Shown here: positions 58,856 to 64,000 of the stretch, piece after piece | Position numbering within the stretch: position 1 is the first letter of the stretch | Layout of the letters: every line of letters begins with the position of its first letter | Assembly: GCA_965116605.1 (NCBI GenBank) | Contig: OZ220697.1 | Span: 10,956-74,955 of the forward strand | DNA: 64,000 nt | Origin: Dehalococcoidia bacterium | Lineage (GTDB): Bacteria; Chloroflexota; Dehalococcoidia; Lucifugimonadales; UBA2962 | Reading direction: 5' to 3' | Notes under the pieces: generated by a model | What the model was told of the DNA's origin: nothing | The model's database searches: none | What the model saw: only the letters and a program-made list of their open reading frames with translations | Made by a program: the position numbers and the translations under genes

Positions 58856-60433
58856 GTGCGGGTAGGCGTACTTGAGATCCTGCGTCCTGAGAGAAACAGG
58901 CATTGGTCTCACGCGGCCTACGCTTACTACTTCCTCAAGCAATACGCCAGCGTCATGCCGCAGGCGATTAGTGTTTGGTGCCGGCAGATGGGCCACGACA
59001 CCTACTACGCGACCTACTATGGCCAGGGTGACGCGAAGGATCTACTGCCGGACGACCTGGACGTCGTGTTCATCTCGACGTATACGCAGGCGAGCGCGCT
59101 GGCCTACGCTCTCGCCAAGGCCTTCCGGCGGGACGGCGTTCTCACGGTCATCGGCGGCCCACATGCAAAGTCGTTTCCGGACGACTGCCGCCGCTTCTTC
59201 GACGTGGTTGTGCTCGATTGCGATAAGTCCCTGCTAGAGGACATTTTGAGAGAGGAGCCACGGGGAGAGACCGTGACCAGCGGTCGTCAGCTCAAGGATC
59301 TACCGACCGTCCAGGAGCGGATGCCGGAGATCGAGACCTCGATCTTCTCCCGTGGAAGGCCCTACATATCCAGCACCGTGCCGATGCTCGCGAGCATCGG
59401 CTGCCCGTACGCGTGCGACTTTTGCATCGACTGGGCCAATCCGTTCATGTTGCTGCCCTTGGACAGACTAGAGGCCGACCTGCGGTTCATATTCGAGAAC
59501 TACCCCAAGCTGTACGTCAGCTTCCACGACCCGAACTTTGCCGTGAAGTTCGACGAGCTGTTCTCGGTGTTGGAGAGGATCCCGCACGGAGGCCGCAGCT
59601 ACTACATCATGGAGAGTTCCCTGTCCATCCTGCGTCCGAAGAGACTCGATAGGCTCCGCTCCAGCGGATGCCTCTATCTGGCTCCGGGGGTCGAATCCTG
59701 GAGCGCATATTCCAACAAGTCCGGCGTCGGGTCGAAACGTGCCGACCACATCAAGCTCGACCAGGTGGTCGACCATTTCCATCAGATCCGAGAGTACGTA
59801 CCAGGGATGCAGGCCAACCTGATTTTCGGGCTCGACGGGGACGAGGGATATAGGCCGGTCGAACTGACCAAGGACTTCATGTCGCGCGCGCCCTTCGTGT
59901 GGCCGACCATCAATATTCCCACCCCCTTCGGTGGAACCCCCTTGTTCGATAGGTACCTGGACGAGGGGCGCATCCTGGCCTCGATGCCGTTCGCCTTCTA
60001 CTACGCACCTCACGTCGTCACGACGCTCAAGAACTACGACCCGGTCACCTACTATGAGCACCTAGTCGATATGTACGCTCACATGGCATCTCCCCAGGTC
60101 GTGCTGAAGAGATTGGTGGCGACCCCGGGCTACCCGCTCCGTGTGCTCCACACCCTTCGCTCCCAGGGCGCGTGGCGCATCCACCGAGAGTACAAGCGAA
60201 TCCTGCACGTGATGAAGACCGATCGCCAGTTCAGGGCGTTTCATGAGGGGAGATCCGAGACGCTGCCGGAGTACTACCATCGCAAATTGGACGCGGCGCT
60301 CGGCCCATACGCTGAACTGCTAACGCGAGAGGACCGTCGGCCCTTGCTGCAGTCCAATGGCGCAAGGGCGGCATCGGCGGAGCCAGCGAGGGCCAGGGCT
60401 AAGGCAATGCCTATCGAGGTGGACGCCGGTTAG
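58856..60433 (+). CDS. Cobalamin-binding-domain radical SAM protein
   Basis: VIGGPH B12-binding-type region, GCPYACDFC, DPNF, GVES, IFGLDGD, TPFGGTPL. Confidence 0.85.
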   Translation: MRVGVLEILRPERNRHWSHAAYAYYFLKQYASVMPQAISVWCRQMGHDTYYATYYGQGDAKDLLPDDLDVVFISTYTQASALAYALAKAFRRDGVLTVIGGPHAKSFPDDCRRFFDVVVLDCDKSLLEDILREEPRGETVTSGRQLKDLPTVQERMPEIETSIFSRGRPYISSTVPMLASIGCPYACDFCIDWANPFMLLPLDRLEADLRFIFENYPKLYVSFHDPNFAVKFDELFSVLERIPHGGRSYYIMESSLSILRPKRLDRLRSSGCLYLAPGVESWSAYSNKSGVGSKRADHIKLDQVVDHFHQIREYVPGMQANLIFGLDGDEGYRPVELTKDFMSRAPFVWPTINIPTPFGGTPLFDRYLDEGRILASMPFAFYYAPHVVTTLKNYDPVTYYEHLVDMYAHMASPQVVLKRLVATPGYPLRVLHTLRSQGAWRIHREYKRILHVMKTDRQFRAFHEGRSETLPEYYHRKLDAALGPYAELLTREDRRPLLQSNGARAASAEPARARAKAMPIEVDAG

Positions 60434-60589
60434 CCGGTCTCGATTGGACTCTTGGTCTGGGTCCCCATGGCCGGGTCTGACTTGACGGTAAGCAGAACCA
60501 AAATCTGAGTTGCCGCTGGCGTTGTGAGATTCCCACAACCTTCCGACTGTGGATCCTTCGCCGGGAGATAGTTCCTACCGCGGATCGTA

Positions 60590-62341
60590 CTAGCCCTTTG
60601 CCTTGCGGTATCTTCCTTCCTGCCAGTCCCGGTAAGTATCGGAGTAACCGAGGAGGTTCGCTCGCTTTGCCAGGCGCCTTCCTCTCTTGCCGTCACCTAA
60701 CAAGAAGGCACAATGGGCGGCAGCGTCCAGGGCCGAAGCGTGGTCCGGTTTGACTTCGGCTGCATAACTCAGGGCACTCAAGGCTCCTTCAAGCTCACCG
60801 CACCGCAGCCGTGCCATACCGAGGTTGAAGGCGAGGTGTGCAGAAAGATCGCTTTGGCTAAGTCCGACACTCTCAAGATGGTCTCGTGCCTCTTCCTCAC
60901 GCCCTGCATTCAACAGGATGATCCCCACCTCGACCTTAGGCAACTCCCAGGCGGGATCAAGACCGGCCGCTATCCGGCACTCTTGGATACCCTCGTCAAC
61001 TTCACCGGCCATGCCGAGCGTTGCTCCGAGATGAAAGTGGTACTCGGCACTTTCCGGCTGAAGCTCGACCGCCCGCCTGACATGAAGGATGGCTGTATCC
61101 AGGTCCCCCTCAGACTTTGCCTGAGCGTACTGGATCATCCTGTTTCTGGCGCTGAACTTTGCGTCCCCCTTAACCCTGACCGCCGTCATCCCATCCAGTT
61201 CTGAAGGGTCTGTGAGTGGGGGGAGGGTGGGATCGGCTTGAACGTCCCGGAGTACCTCTTCCAGCAAGGACTCCGCATCCTCCTCCGGGATGCCGAACTC
61301 GTCACGGACGAGCTTAACCACCTGGTCTAGTTCTCTCAGGTGCTGCATCACGTACGTGAGCCGGAGGTGCCAGGGCTTGGAGGCTGCCAGCAGGTCCGTG
61401 GACCACACGGGATCGCGTTCCCGGCGCCAGAGTGCCCGCAGCAGATGCTCGGTACCCACACACCGGGTTCCAAATAGGAAGATGAGTAACTGCCGCTTCG
61501 CAGCATCCTCAGGGCTAAGCTTGCTGAATTGTCTGAGTCCCTCCAGGGTGCGGCTGACGAATCGCACCAGAGCTGTCGCCAGTTCGACAGTTGCATCCCG
61601 CCCAACGTGACCTGATAGGAGATCGCAGAGACCGGACAAAGCGTAGTGACGGTGAAGGCGACCCTGAAGGTTCTCCGCGCCGAGGGCGGCATGGTAGGGT
61701 GCTAGTTCTTCGGCGAGCCGGTTGACGTGGGACCATGTCGGCCGAGTATCGGTGTCCAACCAATTGTCGATGGTGTTATTGGATACCTGCAGCCGTTCAG
61801 CAAGCTGGTCACGCGTCGGACCATCTGGCCCGCAGCCGTCCAGGAGTCGTCGCAGATAAGTCGACCGACCCTTGTGCTTGGCCCACAGAGGCGTCCCCTC
61901 ATCCGGAGCCGGCAGTTCCCCCAGCCACATGGCCGCGGTGGTGCGAAGGGACAGATCTATCGTCGCTAGCCTGAGGTACGCGATGGCAGCCAGATCAGGC
62001 CTGTCCACAGGGGCCGACGCGCTTTGCATGTATCCCACAAGTCGATCCCACTGGTCAGCGTACCAAGCGATCGTTGATGAGATGACTTTGGTTAGGGAAA
62101 TGTCCTCCTGTTCCAGAAAGGGCGACGGCGGGATGATGCCGTGGTCAACAAGTGCCTGGCCGAGGACCTCAAATATCTCTTGCTTGCTGTCGTCCTTTAT
62201 CCGACCGCCATTGAAGTAGCGGGCGGCAGTCTTCCTCCTTAGAACTTCGTCTTGGAGACGAAGCTCCCTGACCACCGCTCCTATGATCTGCCCGCTGAGC
62301 GGTGCACTGTATCTTTGTGTTTCTCTCTTCGCTTTCGCCAT
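60590..62341 (-). CDS. Uncharacterised protein with internal Xre-like HTH and C-terminal TPR repeats
   Basis: TRDQLAERLQVSNNTIDNWL..TRP HTH; about 4 TPRs (AVELQPESAEYHFHLG, LAFNLGMA, AEVKPDHASA). Confidence 0.75.
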   Translation of the reverse strand: MAKAKRETQRYSAPLSGQIIGAVVRELRLQDEVLRRKTAARYFNGGRIKDDSKQEIFEVLGQALVDHGIIPPSPFLEQEDISLTKVISSTIAWYADQWDRLVGYMQSASAPVDRPDLAAIAYLRLATIDLSLRTTAAMWLGELPAPDEGTPLWAKHKGRSTYLRRLLDGCGPDGPTRDQLAERLQVSNNTIDNWLDTDTRPTWSHVNRLAEELAPYHAALGAENLQGRLHRHYALSGLCDLLSGHVGRDATVELATALVRFVSRTLEGLRQFSKLSPEDAAKRQLLIFLFGTRCVGTEHLLRALWRRERDPVWSTDLLAASKPWHLRLTYVMQHLRELDQVVKLVRDEFGIPEEDAESLLEEVLRDVQADPTLPPLTDPSELDGMTAVRVKGDAKFSARNRMIQYAQAKSEGDLDTAILHVRRAVELQPESAEYHFHLGATLGMAGEVDEGIQECRIAAGLDPAWELPKVEVGIILLNAGREEEARDHLESVGLSQSDLSAHLAFNLGMARLRCGELEGALSALSYAAEVKPDHASALDAAAHCAFLLGDGKRGRRLAKRANLLGYSDTYRDWQEGRYRKAKG

Positions 62342-62364
62342 GCCAGATGCAGAAGTCCCAATAG

Positions 62365-62402
62365 AAGGGCCGGGCACTCCGCCGCTAAAGGGCCCGACCC
62401 TT
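62365..62402 (-). terminator. Hairpin between the small ORF and the HTH-TPR gene
   Basis: AAGGGTCGGGC...GCCCGGCCCTT then CTATT on the minus strand. Confidence 0.4.
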
Positions 62403-62411
62403 GTTTGCCTC

Positions 62412-62585
62412 TTACTCCCTATCGCCGGGTTTGCCGACTGATTTCTGTCTTGGGAGACTGTCCTCCTTGCCGGAAAGCTCCTCCCAATCCTCTGGGCGAG
62501 CATCCTGTCCTCTCGCCTGCCAGTATGCGTCGTTGTTAGGGTTCATTTGGTTTGCATGATTGTCGCGGTCAGCTTGTTTACCCAT
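62412..62585 (-). CDS. 57-aa hypothetical protein with DNHANQMNPNNDAYWQARG motif
   Basis: Strong SD AAGGAGG before ATG; non-random Asn/Asp-rich motif. Confidence 0.75.
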   Translation of the reverse strand: MGKQADRDNHANQMNPNNDAYWQARGQDARPEDWEELSGKEDSLPRQKSVGKPGDRE

Positions 62586-62723
62586 GGCATCTCCTCCTTC
62601 TATGGTCATTGCGGCCCTCATCCATGCTATGCAGGTGAAAGAGGGCAGGTCAGCCCAAGTCTCTCGGACAAAACTGGAGATGCTCCGACTCTCGGCACTT
62701 TCGCCATCCTGATGCGACCGGAG

Positions 62724-63605
62724 TCACGGATCTCCTCCCGCTATTGGGAGCGCTGCCACCTGCGGCCGCAGTTCGCCAATAACCGTGTCGAAGGAGGGCA
62801 ATCCGGGCACCAAGGGGCCGAGCCACTGTTCCCAGGTCTCTTCGATGTAGGCGAGCATGGCGTCGTGAAAGAAGTCATCGGGCCCTGCGAAAGAAACGGC
62901 CCGGGCGGAGCACTTCTCACGAAGCAGTGAGTCGAAGCCTTCCAGATTCATGCGGCCGCCATATTCACTAAGCACCCTCCAGAGATCGTAGTAGTCCCGG
63001 GCTCGTGAACGACTCCAACCGCGTCTCTCGAGCATTTCCGCCTGCTGAAGGAGCGCACGCAGTTTTTCGGCGACTATCTCCTCAAGTGAGTACACCTGGA
63101 GCTCAGCGCCAAGAGGTTCGCCATACTCGTGAACGATCCGCCGCCTCCCAGGTGGCCACAGGACTGTCTCATCCACGGTTATCTCAATCATGATGCTGGT
63201 CTGCAGGCGGCCTTGCCACGGGAACCTTGCTCGAATCCTGAAGGCCTCCTGGCCTCCCGGATGTGGCTCACGCTCCAGATACCGCTCGCAGGCGATCTGG
63301 ACGGGAGCGTATTCGTCCAGGAGTCGAACCGCACTCTCGCACGCTTCCATCACCGAACGCTGCATCTGCCCACCAGTTGGAACCCCATCGAGTCCAGAGA
63401 AATCCAAATCCTCCGAGAAGCGGTAGTCGCCGAAGTAGCACTTCCGGAGGGCCGTTCCACCTTTGAGCAGCAGCGTGTCCTTGAGCACTGGCACCTGGCT
63501 GATCCCGGCCAACACCCAGGACAACAGGTAGTCTCGTTCAAGCACCTCCCAGGGGATGCCCAGCCGCCTACGCGCTTCTTGGAGACGGGTGCGGAGGGGT
63601 CTCAT
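62724..63605 (-). CDS. abiEii: AbiEii/DUF1814 nucleotidyltransferase toxin (type IV TA)
   Basis: LERDY, KGGTALRKCYF..YRFSEDLDF, AEKLRA, RARDYYDL; ATGA overlap with the antitoxin. Confidence 0.92.
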   Translation of the reverse strand: MRPLRTRLQEARRRLGIPWEVLERDYLLSWVLAGISQVPVLKDTLLLKGGTALRKCYFGDYRFSEDLDFSGLDGVPTGGQMQRSVMEACESAVRLLDEYAPVQIACERYLEREPHPGGQEAFRIRARFPWQGRLQTSIMIEITVDETVLWPPGRRRIVHEYGEPLGAELQVYSLEEIVAEKLRALLQQAEMLERRGWSRSRARDYYDLWRVLSEYGGRMNLEGFDSLLREKCSARAVSFAGPDDFFHDAMLAYIEETWEQWLGPLVPGLPSFDTVIGELRPQVAALPIAGGDP

Positions 63606-64000
63606 CCCGCAATCATGCCGGGCAGGTTCTCCTGGACCATCCAGCGCCTGTTGCACGGCCCTCGTCGAGGTCCCGTGGGATCTAGCTTGCGGTAACCCTT
63701 GATGGGCAACGCTGCCAACTCCCCCAATTGGGCCAGGGGAACTCCCTGAGACTCTAGCGCCCACCCCAAACGCTTGGCAGTCGTTACCCCTAGCCTGATG
63801 GCGTATTCCGTGATGCGCTCGGTGTTCAGTCGCTTCAGTCCCAACTCGAAGGCGTGGAGCACCTCGGCAAAATCGCCGCAGTGCTGGGGCATGGACAGAC
63901 CATCCAGCAATGTACGTTCCAGATCGGTGAGGGACACGCGGGCATCGCCGACCCAGGCCTTCTCAGTGCCGAAGAAGCGGTCACGCATTACCTGCGCGAA
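63602..64000 (-). CDS. abiEi: AbiEi-family antitoxin, 5' part outside the window
   Basis: FFG..TDLERTLLD..P..CG, KRLGW.LE, LDP, RW.V.EN; coupled to abiEii. Confidence 0.85.
   Translation of the reverse strand, partial: FAQVMRDRFFGTEKAWVGDARVSLTDLERTLLDGLSMPQHCGDFAEVLHAFELGLKRLNTERITEYAIRLGVTTAKRLGWALESQGVPLAQLGELAALPIKGYRKLDPTGPRRGPCNRRWMVQENLPGMIAG

Noticed and set aside
58856-62585. RiPP cluster of radical SAM, TPR protein and small peptide
   Set aside because: The radical SAM gene is convergent with the others; no SPASM or RRE domain, peptidase or exporter is visible
1-64000. Intact tRNA, rRNA, transposase, integrase or CRISPR array
   Set aside because: None recognised by eye; a small element could have been missed without computation

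Overview
High-GC bacterial chromosomal segment. Gene content (GuaB3, tandem F420-type LLMs, SDR/MDR paralogs, V/E/K/P-repeat lipoprotein, GAAC-N4-type LexA boxes, large SRP RNA) suggests Chloroflexota/Dehalococcoidia, SAR202-like; this is inference. Most of it is core: mutS, rpsT, rel, hisS-prfA-prmC, queG, recQ, tat, maf, rlmD, lipA, lexA, ogg-dinG, ispE-rsmA-SRP RNA and lepA. Accessory blocks are a polyamine-type ABC cassette with an RCC1 propeller between two tatA paralogs (26-33 kb), an LLM/MDR/SDR cluster (34-39.6 kb), a zinc locus (50.5-57.5 kb) and a probable defence/mobile island at the right end (AbiE toxin-antitoxin, a 57-aa protein, an HTH-TPR protein). Best candidates for undescribed biology: (1) a 70-aa His/Cys/Glu repeat metal-binding protein behind the same Zur-like boxes as znuABC, with a motif-degenerate SthA and a ZnuA carrying a ~150-aa insert; (2) a LexA-boxed recQ plus SplB-like radical SAM operon with a clamp-binding-like tail; (3) the small protein plus HTH-TPR pair beside AbiE. 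Start codons were refined by eye and no database searches were run.
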